Assembly (NCBI GenBank): GCA_041483895.1
Contig: JBGPGO010000001.1
Location: 160,001-224,000, forward strand
Direction: 5' to 3'
Length of the DNA stretch: 64,000 nucleotides
Origin: Fimbriimonadia bacterium
Lineage (GTDB): Bacteria > Armatimonadota > Fimbriimonadia > Fimbriimonadales > JABRVX01
Under the pieces are notes generated by a model. It had not been told where the DNA came from. It saw only the letters and a list, made by a program, of their open reading frames with translations, and did not search any database. Shown here piece by piece: positions 47,405 to 57,287 of this stretch. The position numbers were made by a program, and so were the translations under genes. The stretch's first letter is position 1, and each line of letters begins with the position of its first letter.

Positions 47405-47886
47405 TTGTGGGCCTCCTCGCTCAATCTTTCATACGTCTTTTGGAGGGCTTCGGGCATGACGCGCACGTCGGCCAGCAACGGCATGAAATTTGTGTCTCCC
47501 GACCATCGAGGAACGACATGGATATGGATGTGACCCTCAATGCCCGCCCCTGCGGCACGGCCCAGGTTTGCGCCGATGTTGAATCCTTGGGGGCTATAGG
47601 CCGATATGAGCCATTTCCGGCACTCGCGCAGAAGACGGAACATCTCCAGCATCTCGGCGTCGGTCAATTCATCCAGCTCGGCGCTATGACGGTACGGGGC
47701 GACCATCAGATGCCCGTGTGAGTAAGGAAACGCGTTGAGCATGACAAAAGCCGTCTCGCCGCGAAACACGAGCAGGTTTCCGGCATCGTCCTTCTCTATC
47801 GGCTTGTCGCAGAAGATGCAGCCTCCAGATTTGTCCGCCTGCTCGATGTATTCCAGCCTCCACGGCGCCCATAAGCGCTCGGCCAC
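47401..47886 (-). CDS. HIT domain protein
   Basis: LWAPWR, CIFC, NAFPY..GHLM, HIHIHVVPRW. Confidence 0.93.
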   Translation of the reverse strand: MAERLWAPWRLEYIEQADKSGGCIFCDKPIEKDDAGNLLVFRGETAFVMLNAFPYSHGHLMVAPYRHSAELDELTDAEMLEMFRLLRECRKWLISAYSPQGFNIGANLGRAAGAGIEGHIHIHVVPRWSGDTNFMPLLADVRVMPEALQKTYERLSEEAHK

Positions 47887-48037
47887 GCGTCACCTCGTCT
47901 AGAAATGGGAATTCTTTCGCGGCCAAACAAGTCCTGCCCAAGAAAATCCTGGTCAGATTGTGTACCATGTTGTATTATAATGATGGTTAGCATTACGATT
48001 AGAGTTGGTGAACCTGCTTTCAGTGCATTCTTGCTTC

Positions 48038-49777
48038 ATGCGTGTCTGTTTGACCTGCGCGGTCGCTCTCATTGGGTTGACCTTCGGATATGGGCAGGTG
48101 AAGCAGGAGTGGCTGCGCGGATTTGACGGGCAACAGACGACGTCGATTGTCCCCACTTCTGACGGTGGGGCGGTGGCTTTGGTTGAAAAGAATGGGACCA
48201 CGTTCACGATTGCCCGAATGGCAACCGACGGACAGATTGTGTGGTCTCGCGATGAGTGGGTTACCCATTCATCGGCGGAAGCACCATATTCAAAGCTGTA
48301 TCGCGGTCCGAACGGATCGTGCTACGCCGTTTTGCGGGGCACTTTCACGGGTTCCGTCGGGTATGGCGTTCTGATCGTTCGGTATGGGGACGATGGCTCG
48401 GAGATTTGGCGCCGCATCTACGATTTGGGTGGCGATCCCTCATCGTCAAAGGACCTTTTCTATGATGGCTTCGTCGACGCCGAAGGGAATCTCTATCTGA
48501 CTGGGAGCCGATCGTTGGGATCGGTGGCGTTCGGCCCCTTCGTTGTAAAGTATACGGCAGCCGGCAGCATAGCCTATGCGGTTACGCCCGTGATGGCAGG
48601 CGTCGCCGGAAAAAGCATCACTGTGGATTCGGAAGGGTCCGCGTATGTGGCCACCAGCACAACGAACTCCCTGCTAACGCAGACTTCCGGCGCGATGGCG
48701 ATATCTCCCGGCGGGCTGTTGGATTGGTCGGTAAAGGTCAGCTCGGACAGCGCCGATCAGCGGGTCGGGCAGATCGGTTTGACCCCGGATGGCGGCTGCA
48801 TCCTTGCCGGCGCAACGATCGATTTAACCGGCAAGTGGCGGGTGATGCTCGCTCGGTTGACCGGAACTGGGGCGACGAGCTACTTCATGCAGTTGCCGGG
48901 GCTTTGGCTGCCAAACCCGGATAGCTATTTGGGAATGGTGCAAACGGATATCCGCATCTTCCTCGCCGGCACCGACGTTGGAGCGAATGGCGACGTCCAG
49001 ACGGGATTTGTCACGGCAATGGCGCTCGACGGGACCCGTATCTGGACTAGCTCCATCCGGGTTGGGCACGGCACGAGCCTGTTGGGAATCGCTCTCGACG
49101 CCGATTCACAGATTTATGTAACCGGCCAGACGACGCTCGGAGACGCGACCTCGCGATCCATATTTGCGACAAAATATCGCGCAAGCGGGGAGCGATTGTG
49201 GTCGACCCAGGTCGCGACGACGCGAATGCAATCCGTTTACAAATTCGCTCCGGTTGTAATGTCACCGGACAACACAATTCTCGTTGGCGGGCCGGATTGG
49301 AGCAGCTCGCCTTCCTCATTTGTAGCCAAGCATTCCGGCCTGTCATCCCGATTCCAGGTCGAGGTGGATCTCGATGTTCAGAACTACTCGATAGGGAAAG
49401 ATGTGGTAGGCAATCTCGATCTGATGGTGCTCGGCGGGTCGGCGACAGGGACTGAAGGCTATGCCCTGCAGCGCGGACGAAACATCATCACGCCTCTAAG
49501 CGCCCCAGGCAGCTTCGATTTGCAGATCACCGTGCCGCAGGGGTCTTGGCTGAAGCGCCATTTGCACGCGGCGCTTGCCGACCAGACCGAGATAAGCGCC
49601 ACGTTGCCGAATGGCGATGCCACTAGGGACGGCAAAGTGAATCTGTTCGATCTCTCCATGGAGTTCATATTATTTGGGAGTTCGGACCCGTCAGCGGATA
49701 TTGATGGGGATGGCGCTGTCACCCTCGCCGATCTTAACAGCGTGTTTCAGAACTTCGGCATGGTCGCCGACGACTAG
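48038..49777 (+). CDS. Secreted beta-propeller (SBBP-like) protein with dockerin-like C-terminus
   Basis: Signal peptide, D..GN.Y.TG / KY...G...W repeats, C-terminal GDATRDGKVNLFD...DIDGDGAVTLAD. Confidence 0.75.
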   Translation: MRVCLTCAVALIGLTFGYGQVKQEWLRGFDGQQTTSIVPTSDGGAVALVEKNGTTFTIARMATDGQIVWSRDEWVTHSSAEAPYSKLYRGPNGSCYAVLRGTFTGSVGYGVLIVRYGDDGSEIWRRIYDLGGDPSSSKDLFYDGFVDAEGNLYLTGSRSLGSVAFGPFVVKYTAAGSIAYAVTPVMAGVAGKSITVDSEGSAYVATSTTNSLLTQTSGAMAISPGGLLDWSVKVSSDSADQRVGQIGLTPDGGCILAGATIDLTGKWRVMLARLTGTGATSYFMQLPGLWLPNPDSYLGMVQTDIRIFLAGTDVGANGDVQTGFVTAMALDGTRIWTSSIRVGHGTSLLGIALDADSQIYVTGQTTLGDATSRSIFATKYRASGERLWSTQVATTRMQSVYKFAPVVMSPDNTILVGGPDWSSSPSSFVAKHSGLSSRFQVEVDLDVQNYSIGKDVVGNLDLMVLGGSATGTEGYALQRGRNIITPLSAPGSFDLQITVPQGSWLKRHLHAALADQTEISATLPNGDATRDGKVNLFDLSMEFILFGSSDPSADIDGDGAVTLADLNSVFQNFGMVADD

Positions 49778-49804
49778 TCGGGCCCCTTCGGTATACTGCC
49801 GGGC

Positions 49805-51079
49805 ATGCTGGACCGCCAACTATTGAGGGAAAATCCCGACCTTGTCCGCGCCGGTGTGGCCCGGAAACACATGGATGCTCCGATTGACGATCTCCTCGCC
49901 GTCGATTCCGAATGGCGGAAGCTCAAGACAGAGGGCGATACCCTGCGCGCTGAGTTGCAAAAGGTGAGCAAGGAGATCGGCGCGATGAAGGCCCGGGGCG
50001 AAGACGCCTCGGAAGTGATGGCGCGAACCCGCACGCTAGGGGACGATATCCGTGACAAGGAGGAGCTTGTCAAGGGACTGGAATCTAAGCTGGCTGAGTT
50101 CGAGCTTCAAATCCCCAACTTGGCTCATGCGAGCGTGCCCGACGGAAAAACGGAAGACGATAACCAGCAAGTCCGATCGTGGGGAGAAAAGCCAAAATTC
50201 GATTTCGATCCGCTCCCCCATTGGGACCTGGCGGAAAAAACGGGGATTCTGGACTTCGAGCGGGGCGCGAAGATCGCCGGCAGCGGGTTCATCCTCTACC
50301 GCGGTCTGGGCGCTCGGCTGGAGAGGTCGCTGATAAACTTCATGCTCGATACGCATATCGGGCGGCACGGATATACCGAATTATTTGTGCCGTTCCTGGC
50401 CAATCGGGACACGATGACCACGACGGGCCAACTCCCAAAATTCGAAGATGACATGTATCGGCTGCCGGAAGACGACTTTTTCCTGATCCCGACGGCAGAG
50501 GTCCCGATAACCAATATTTTCCGAGATGAAATACTTCCCGCAGAAAAGCTGACCGCCAAGTTCTGCGCGTATTCCCCCTGCTTTCGGCGCGAAGCTGGGG
50601 CGGCCGGGCGGGACACGCGGGGCCTCTTGCGGGTCCACCAATTCAACAAGGTAGAACTGGTCAAGTTCACGAAACCCGAGGACTCCTACGATGAGCTTGA
50701 GACGCTTTGCACCGATGCCTGCGCGATATTGGAGGCGCTCGGTCTGCACTATCGAGTGTCGGTTCTGTGCACGGGCGAGATGAGCTTTTCGAACGCCAAG
50801 TGCTACGACATCGAGGTCTGGTCGCCGGGGGTCGGGAAGTATTTGGAAGTCAGCTCGTGCAGCAATTTTGAGGCGTTTCAAGCGCGTCGCGGACAGATAA
50901 GATTTCGGCGCGAGCAGGGTGCCAAGCCGGAGCTGGTCCATACCCTAAACGCCTCCGGCACAGCATGTCCCCGGCTGTTTTCCGCAGTTGTGGAAACCTA
51001 CCAGCAACCCGACGGCTCGATCGCCGTCCCACCAGCCCTGCATTCGTACCTGGGCACAGACATCATTTCCATCGTATAA
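49805..51079 (+). CDS. serS: Serine--tRNA ligase
   Basis: [48 protein letters not shown]. Confidence 0.98.
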   Translation: MLDRQLLRENPDLVRAGVARKHMDAPIDDLLAVDSEWRKLKTEGDTLRAELQKVSKEIGAMKARGEDASEVMARTRTLGDDIRDKEELVKGLESKLAEFELQIPNLAHASVPDGKTEDDNQQVRSWGEKPKFDFDPLPHWDLAEKTGILDFERGAKIAGSGFILYRGLGARLERSLINFMLDTHIGRHGYTELFVPFLANRDTMTTTGQLPKFEDDMYRLPEDDFFLIPTAEVPITNIFRDEILPAEKLTAKFCAYSPCFRREAGAAGRDTRGLLRVHQFNKVELVKFTKPEDSYDELETLCTDACAILEALGLHYRVSVLCTGEMSFSNAKCYDIEVWSPGVGKYLEVSSCSNFEAFQARRGQIRFRREQGAKPELVHTLNASGTACPRLFSAVVETYQQPDGSIAVPPALHSYLGTDIISIV

Positions 51080-51088
51080 TAGTATGGT

Positions 51089-51316
51089 ATGACAAACAAA
51101 ACGATACGCGGCACTTGGGATGAAATCGCAAGCAAATATGCCGGAGAGTTGAGAGGGCTCGAGGTGGAAGTGCGCGTTGTGAACGGCGAGGATGGGGCTA
51201 AGGGTTCGTTTGACCCTGTTCGGTGGGATCACGCGATGCGGATCATCGAGTCGTTTCGGGGCAAACTGCGATCGTTGCCAGACGAGGCGTTTACGACCGA
51301 AAGTCTCTACGATTAG
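51089..51316 (+). CDS. Orphan paralog of the putative antitoxin at 5834-6055
   Basis: RGTWDEIASKY.GEL.G.EVEVRV...W..AM......LP.E..TESLYD aligns end-to-end. No toxin lies downstream. Confidence 0.75.
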   Translation: MTNKTIRGTWDEIASKYAGELRGLEVEVRVVNGEDGAKGSFDPVRWDHAMRIIESFRGKLRSLPDEAFTTESLYD

Positions 51317-51321
51317 GGGCC

Positions 51322-52347
51322 CTACGGGGGCGATTCTTGGACTGCCACTTTGAGGCGGGTCGTGATCGGCAAGCGGTTGCGCAGCACCTTTATCTCAATC
51401 AGGGCGCCCTCGTCCTGATCGAATACTACCGCCGCCAGGTCCGCCGCGCTGCGTATCACCTTGCCACCCGCGGCGATAATCACATCACCCGGAAACAGCC
51501 CCGCCGCCTGGCCCGGTCCGTTGAAAGCGATACGCCCGACAACCGCACCCTGCGCATTGGCAGCGGATTGGCATTCCACCCCGATCCACCGATGCCGAAC
51601 CTTGAACGGCTCCTTCGAGAACCCATCGGCGACCCTAGCGACCAACTTGCCGCTCAGCGCAAACCAGGTCGCCTGTGGCCGATTGATAATCACGGTACCG
51701 GCCGTCTCCTGGGCGCGCACCATCCCCGCAAACTTTCCATCCATCGTAAAGATCGCCGCGCCACCCAGCCCTGTCGCCAATTCCTGTACGTGAAATTCGA
51801 CCAACGGCAGATATTGACGGGTCGCGGAATCAATCCCGACCGCCACCGATCCGGTGAACACAGCCTCCATCGGCTTGCGGCCCTGTGCGATGACCGCCGC
51901 CTTTTGTCCGGGCGCAATCCGAAGCTCGTCAATCGGTTCCACAGCGGCCAGCCTCGCATCCGGCGGCAAGGCCAATTGGATGGCGGCGAGCCCCGTGCGC
52001 GGGTCGATATTGACCAATCGAGCGGCGACGGCGGCGCCATCGTGCAGAACTACGGCAATAGTCGCCTGGGAAACATAGTTCGGAATCACCTGCCCTGACG
52101 AAGTGCGGGTCGCCAGGCCGTTGGAAAACGCTTCGGCTGGGACGAGCGCCATGCCGGTGGCACGAACAACCACGCCGAGAGCGACCCGATGGGTCTGCTC
52201 TACCCGGATGCTGATAACGGTCCGGCTAAGCTTGGCTATTTGCGCGGGGGTAAGCGCTGGGCCACCTTGATCGGGGTCCGTGTCAAACGCCATGCAGCGC
52301 GCGAGCGCGAGGCAGCAGCTAAGTATCGATAACGACTTCAGAGTCAT
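51322..52347 (-). CDS. HtrA/DegP-like trypsin-fold + PDZ protein, catalytic triad degenerate
   Basis: Signal peptide, trypsin-like layout, PDZ (WIGV..., GPGQAAGLFPGDVI). Confidence 0.75.
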   Translation of the reverse strand: MTLKSLSILSCCLALARCMAFDTDPDQGGPALTPAQIAKLSRTVISIRVEQTHRVALGVVVRATGMALVPAEAFSNGLATRTSSGQVIPNYVSQATIAVVLHDGAAVAARLVNIDPRTGLAAIQLALPPDARLAAVEPIDELRIAPGQKAAVIAQGRKPMEAVFTGSVAVGIDSATRQYLPLVEFHVQELATGLGGAAIFTMDGKFAGMVRAQETAGTVIINRPQATWFALSGKLVARVADGFSKEPFKVRHRWIGVECQSAANAQGAVVGRIAFNGPGQAAGLFPGDVIIAAGGKVIRSAADLAAVVFDQDEGALIEIKVLRNRLPITTRLKVAVQESPP

Positions 52348-53011
52348 GTTCCTTTATCACCGAGGCGTCCATTTCGCCTGTATGACTGTTGGGCGCAAGC
52401 TCGACCGCAACCGAGCGGCGCGGCTCCCAACTGAAGGTGTCCTGACCGTTCATCGGCTCGGACGGATTTTCTTCCCGATTGACTGCCAATTCGGTTCTTG
52501 GTCTCACGCGCTTTCGGACGACCGAGGCAGAAATCTTTGCAGCCGGCTTCTTCACTTTCACCGTGGTTTCCGTGCGGGCTCCATTACCCGGCATTGGAGT
52601 GGGTGATTTGATCACATTGCCAGTCCCTGGACTCACCGCCACAGCGATGGGTTTTTCGGTCTGGGAACCCGATCCGGTCAGCCAGGAATATCCATAGAAG
52701 AGACAGCCGAGGAGTAAGACGGTCGCGCCTGAAGCCAATAGGATAGGCCGCAGCGTCTGAAGGAACGGCCTCCGCCGCAATTGACGCCGTTCGATGCGGG
52801 CCCGCACCGACGACCAGCTTGGCATGTTGCTTGGGGCCGGTCGGCTCGTGGCAGCTTCGCCGGACCAGGATCGCAGCGCCGAGTAGGTGGCGACTTCCCG
52901 CGAACAGTCCGCGCAGGCGTTCAAATGCTCTTGGCACCGCGTCCGGGAGGCGCCGTCCAGCTCGCCGTAGGCGTAAGAGGCCAACTGTTTCTTCCAAATC
53001 CTACATGACAT
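52319..53011 (-). CDS. zf-HC2 anti-sigma factor
   Basis: MSC...LASYAYGEL...EHLNACADC, one TM helix. Confidence 0.82.
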   Translation of the reverse strand: MSCRIWKKQLASYAYGELDGASRTRCQEHLNACADCSREVATYSALRSWSGEAATSRPAPSNMPSWSSVRARIERRQLRRRPFLQTLRPILLASGATVLLLGCLFYGYSWLTGSGSQTEKPIAVAVSPGTGNVIKSPTPMPGNGARTETTVKVKKPAAKISASVVRKRVRPRTELAVNREENPSEPMNGQDTFSWEPRRSVAVELAPNSHTGEMDASVIKEHDSEVVIDT

Positions 53012-53666
53012 AATCGCCTTCTCCTTCCAGAAGCGGCCGCAGCCGGTCCCGCAGCGCCCGCCGGGCCCGCAGCACCCGAAGCTTGGCTCCGCCGTATGTG
53101 CAGCCGATGATGGCGGATATCTCGTCGTATTCTCGTTCTTCAAAATCTCTTAGCACTATCATGAGCTTATGGTGTTCGGGCAGTGCGTTCAGAGCCCGTC
53201 GGACCGTGTTCGCTCGGCGCTCCAATTCCATGTTCTCGACCGGGTCCTCGGTGGCCTCGCCGGTCATCCAGATCAGCCCGTCGGCGGCCTCTTTGTCTTC
53301 TAGGGCGGTCCGCCGAACCTTCATGCGCGCCCGGTCGGTGCATAGGTTGACCGCGATGCGCATCAGCCAGGTCGTGAACCGGCACTCCGCGCGAAAATTG
53401 TCAAGTTTCTCGAACGCCCGGACAAAACACTCTTGGGTAATGTCCTCGGTATCGTCCCGGCTGCCGGCCATTTGAGATATGAAGCGATATACCATCATCC
53501 GGTGCCGCTCGAACAGCGTCTCGAAGGCGCTGACATCCCCGGCCATTGCCTGCAAGACAAGTGCCTCATCCGCCCCGGACCAAGCAAGATCACCGGGCGG
53601 CGTGCCGAGAGCTACGGCGTGTGCATCCATATCTGGCTTTGGGCTCGGAAGCCTCTCTGGTTTCAT
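53001..53666 (-). CDS. ECF sigma factor (RpoE/SigW-like)
   Basis: GDVSAFETLF, EDITQECFVRAF, FTTWLMRIAVN, YDEISAIIGC..G..K.R..RAR. Confidence 0.92.
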   Translation of the reverse strand: MKPERLPSPKPDMDAHAVALGTPPGDLAWSGADEALVLQAMAGDVSAFETLFERHRMMVYRFISQMAGSRDDTEDITQECFVRAFEKLDNFRAECRFTTWLMRIAVNLCTDRARMKVRRTALEDKEAADGLIWMTGEATEDPVENMELERRANTVRRALNALPEHHKLMIVLRDFEEREYDEISAIIGCTYGGAKLRVLRARRALRDRLRPLLEGEGDYVM

Positions 53667-53800
53667 TGACGCCTATCCACCGATTTGGGTACTGACAAAT
53701 CGCTCCCCATTCCATCTTTGGTGCAATCTACCTAGCCGTAAGACGGAATTGTGGGCGATTTCGTTTGCCGTTTGTCTCGTTCCCAGGATTTTTGCGGGCG

Positions 53801-54994
53801 TCAGCCGCGGCCCGGCTTGCCGGTCCGCCTCGTTTTCAGCAGCGGGACGAGGGCGGCAAGGATGACCCAACCGGCCGGCTCCGGGACGGGCGTGGAGAGG
53901 TAGTAGTAGGTTTGGTTGTTGTACTTGGCCGACCAAAGCACCTGTCCGTTTTGGTTGATGTCGAAGGCGGCTATGTAGCTGTAGGGCTGAGAACCGAGCG
54001 CATCTACACCGAGGTCCAGACCGTTAACGTATATGTGATTTCTTCTGTCAATGGTGCTGTACCCGCTCCACAGTACGTCCCCTCGATCATTCAGGTTGAT
54101 GCCCTTGCTGCCGATATTCGTGGTACCGACGACGGGGGTGCTGATGTCTTTGCCATCAAGCATGACAACGAAGTCACTGGTAGTCCTCAAGTAGTACCAA
54201 AGCACTTGATCGTGATTGTTGACGGCCTGCGGCTCGGATCCCTCATCTCTGCCAAGGTACTTGAGCGTAATGTCCGTCGTGTTGAAGAAGGCATGCCCGA
54301 ACTGAGGCGTTCCCCCCTGCCACACAACGTTACCCAGGTTGTTGATATCCTTCGCATAATACTCGGCTTGGGGTCCGAGCATATCATTCGTGATGTTCGT
54401 CCGATCGACATATATCTGGGTTCTTCCGTTTGAGAAATCCTGGTGTTGCCACAACACTTGGCCGAGGTCGTTGATGGCGCCGGCCCCCGCGCCATCCAGC
54501 AATTGGCTGTAATAGTCGTAGTTATAGTTCGTGGTTCCTTTGAACACGTACTGGGTGGAGCACTGATCGATGATCCCCCCGCATCCCTCCCACAAGGCGT
54601 CGCCCTGCTGGTTGAGTTGGAAGGCCCGCACCAGCGTCGCGCCGGAAAAGACCTGGTTGGTAAGGTTCGTGGAGTTCAGCCAGACTTTGTTGCGACCATC
54701 TGCCTTCCAATAGCCCTGCCAGAGCAGATCGCCTTTGTCATTGATGCCGAATGCTTGCGGAGACTCGACATTCGAGAATTGCGATGTGTAGTTGACCCCA
54801 TTCAGGTACAAATCTGTCTTACCATTGACTACAGCGGAAAGGAACACATCGCCCTTATTATTAAGGGCGGAATAGCCGCCGAACTGGGCGTCCGCGACGA
54901 ACACCAGGTCATGCCGGTACTGCTGGGCTGGTCCCTGTATGAAGGCACCGAGGCACAGGGACGCGGACCAGCCCAATCTCTTCCATTCTCCCAT
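53801..54994 (-). CDS. PEP-CTERM protein with about 45-aa IND.G.V.W repeats
   Basis: C-terminal VPEPAGWVILAALVPLLKTRR. Repeated (L/I)N(D/N).G(D/Q)V(L/V)W. Confidence 0.82.
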   Translation of the reverse strand: MGEWKRLGWSASLCLGAFIQGPAQQYRHDLVFVADAQFGGYSALNNKGDVFLSAVVNGKTDLYLNGVNYTSQFSNVESPQAFGINDKGDLLWQGYWKADGRNKVWLNSTNLTNQVFSGATLVRAFQLNQQGDALWEGCGGIIDQCSTQYVFKGTTNYNYDYYSQLLDGAGAGAINDLGQVLWQHQDFSNGRTQIYVDRTNITNDMLGPQAEYYAKDINNLGNVVWQGGTPQFGHAFFNTTDITLKYLGRDEGSEPQAVNNHDQVLWYYLRTTSDFVVMLDGKDISTPVVGTTNIGSKGINLNDRGDVLWSGYSTIDRRNHIYVNGLDLGVDALGSQPYSYIAAFDINQNGQVLWSAKYNNQTYYYLSTPVPEPAGWVILAALVPLLKTRRTGKPGRG

Positions 54995-55360
54995 CCAGGT
55001 TCCCCTTTTACAATATATTCTAGTATCCGCCGCCGAAGGCGGTAAAAAGCTCGACCTCGTGGCCAAATTGGGCCGTGTTTTGCCAGCCCCCCAACATTTT
55101 ATACTCCATGATCCAGCCTTTCGCCAGGAAATAATGCTTAAAGAAGAATATGGGATCGCCCATGAGGGGATCAACGGAGCACCAGTCCCGTCCCAATACG
55201 GTGGATAGGGGTGCGGTGGCAGATTTGGATCCCTCAATAATCACATTATTGAGGGTCTTTGGCGACCACGCGCCTAACCTGCAGCAAAGCTCTTCATTGT
55301 ACGATCACCAACGAAATCATGTCCTATCAACGTACAGAAGACCTGTTGATGCATGGAAAC

Positions 55361-55396
55361 AAAAAGAAAAGAGGGGTGGCGTCTGGTGGCCACCCC
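55361..55396 (-). terminator. Rho-independent terminator
   Basis: GGGGTGGC/GCCACCCC stem followed by a U-rich tract on the minus strand. Confidence 0.75.
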
Positions 55397-55417
55397 GAAT
55401 GTCTCAGCTAGTAGGTT

Positions 55418-57124
55418 TTAGTTCCAGAGAAGGGAATTAATCATCTCAATCAGTAAGCATCCGATCGGCTCCTCATCACTGTCGATCAGGTAGTCGCTAA
55501 TGAAGCGGGCATCATAGTTGCCCTTTCCATCCTTGGCATCTCGCAGCACGCTGAAGTCGATTGCGCAGAAGGCAACCACGAATTCGAACTCCAGCAGCGC
55601 CGTGAGGTTGTCCGGTTCATCCAAGGCTGTCAGCAGCGCGTCGCGGCATTCCGAAGTGATCTTGCACTTCTGCGTCACGCCGGCGGCGACTGTTCCGAAG
55701 TAATCGATGTTGCACCGAATGTCATCCCGATTCTCGACCACAACCGTCCAGCATAGCTCGACGGTCTTGGGCGCGGAGATTCGGCCATTCTTCAGACGGG
55801 TCGTGTAGGTGACCTTGAGGCGGTAGGTCGTCCCTGGAGGCGAGAACAGCAGGCATCGGTCGCCCAGACACGGGCCGTCATCCATCTTGAACGCCACATT
55901 GCAGACGGATCGGTCCAGGTAGCTGCTGTTCGCATAGATTTTGCCGGTTGTGAAATTGGTGTTTCGTCCGCTGCCGGGTCCAGTGACAAAGGCCAGGCAC
56001 TTGTAGAACGGAGTCACTTTGGAAACTTCAACGGCCTGGACGAGCAGATTGTTGTCGACTCTCACGTTGTTCGCGTCGAGCACGTTGCGGATGGTGAAAC
56101 CGTCGACATTGATGGTCTGCGGCCGGTACAGCCGTTTGGGGGACTTGGTGAACGGATCCGTCGCTTCGTCTCCACAGATCAGGTTCTTGAGCGGCGTGCA
56201 TCCTTCGATGATCTGCCCGTTGCGAAGAATGAGCGTCGAAAAGTAAGAGTTGGTATGCCCGCAGTTGTCGGACACTTTGAACTCCACCAGGTGCGGACCG
56301 TCCGGGTAGCCCAAAGTATCCCAGTTGGCGGCGATCGCGTCGCTCGTGCCGGATTTCGGACTCAGACCCAAAGTCTGACCGTCAATGTTGAGCGACCAGT
56401 CCACGATCTGGGCATTCGACACCAGCGCGCTGATGGGCACGATGCCAAGAACGATGCTTCCCGATATAGGAAGAATGTTCTGCAATGTCGGAGAATCGTT
56501 GTCCACGAAAACCGTGATGATTGACGACGCGCTCGAGTTGTTGCACAGGTCCCCGGCTTTGATCTGAATCGTATGATTCGAGTTGTTGGGCAGACCTGTC
56601 GTGTCCCATTGCGCGCCGACATTCGGCCCCGAGCCCGTAAATCGTTTAACGCCGTCGATCCAGATGGACCAGTCCCCCGGCCCGGAGAACGCGTCCGAGA
56701 CCGTACCAACAATGGAGACGATCCCGTTGACGCAGCCGCCGTCCTTCGGGTTGGTTATCTGCTCGCTTGGTGGCGTATTGTCCACGCCGAGGGTAAGAGT
56801 CGCGGTCGCGGAGCCTCCCGAGCCTGCCACTTTGAGCGTCAACGTGTGCCAGCCATCCGGCACTCCGAGCCCGATTGGGTCGTAGCCGATGGAGATCAGA
56901 GATGGCGGCGCCCCGGCGTAGATGGTATCGAAAATCTTGTGGTTGAGCTCGTCCGTCACTGTCACATGCAGGGGAAGCGGTCCGCCGACCTTGAAGTCGA
57001 TTTGTGCAAAAGAGTTGAAGCAGGTCCCGTCCGGCGGAGAGACGAACTGGGCCGTGTATTGCCCGAACGAACTCGCAGCAACGGATATGGTCAGCCAGGT
57101 CAGAATTCTACGCAATGAGCACAT
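55418..57124 (-). CDS. Secreted protein with three bacterial Ig-like domains and Cys-rich C-terminal domain
   Basis: Signal peptide. VDNTPP..I..P, WDT..P.G.H repeats. Confidence 0.72.
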   Translation of the reverse strand: MCSLRRILTWLTISVAASSFGQYTAQFVSPPDGTCFNSFAQIDFKVGGPLPLHVTVTDELNHKIFDTIYAGAPPSLISIGYDPIGLGVPDGWHTLTLKVAGSGGSATATLTLGVDNTPPSEQITNPKDGGCVNGIVSIVGTVSDAFSGPGDWSIWIDGVKRFTGSGPNVGAQWDTTGLPNNSNHTIQIKAGDLCNNSSASSIITVFVDNDSPTLQNILPISGSIVLGIVPISALVSNAQIVDWSLNIDGQTLGLSPKSGTSDAIAANWDTLGYPDGPHLVEFKVSDNCGHTNSYFSTLILRNGQIIEGCTPLKNLICGDEATDPFTKSPKRLYRPQTINVDGFTIRNVLDANNVRVDNNLLVQAVEVSKVTPFYKCLAFVTGPGSGRNTNFTTGKIYANSSYLDRSVCNVAFKMDDGPCLGDRCLLFSPPGTTYRLKVTYTTRLKNGRISAPKTVELCWTVVVENRDDIRCNIDYFGTVAAGVTQKCKITSECRDALLTALDEPDNLTALLEFEFVVAFCAIDFSVLRDAKDGKGNYDARFISDYLIDSDEEPIGCLLIEMINSLLWN

Positions 57125-57287
57125 CTCTGTCTCCTTCGAATGCAATAACAAACCCAGAATGGGCAAACAATGAAGCGGTCTTTTGGCCGTTTTGTGCAGT
57201 GTAACGCCGAACTGACCGTCTGCAACTGCCATAGCTACTGGGAACTGTCCGCTCGGCGGAAAAACCGTTATGGCTGCTTGCCGGGAG

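Noticed and set aside
57125..57287. Riboswitch (e.g. c-di-GMP) in the leader of the Ig-domain gene
   Set aside because: I could not find the conserved aptamer motifs. An Rfam cmscan would be needed.
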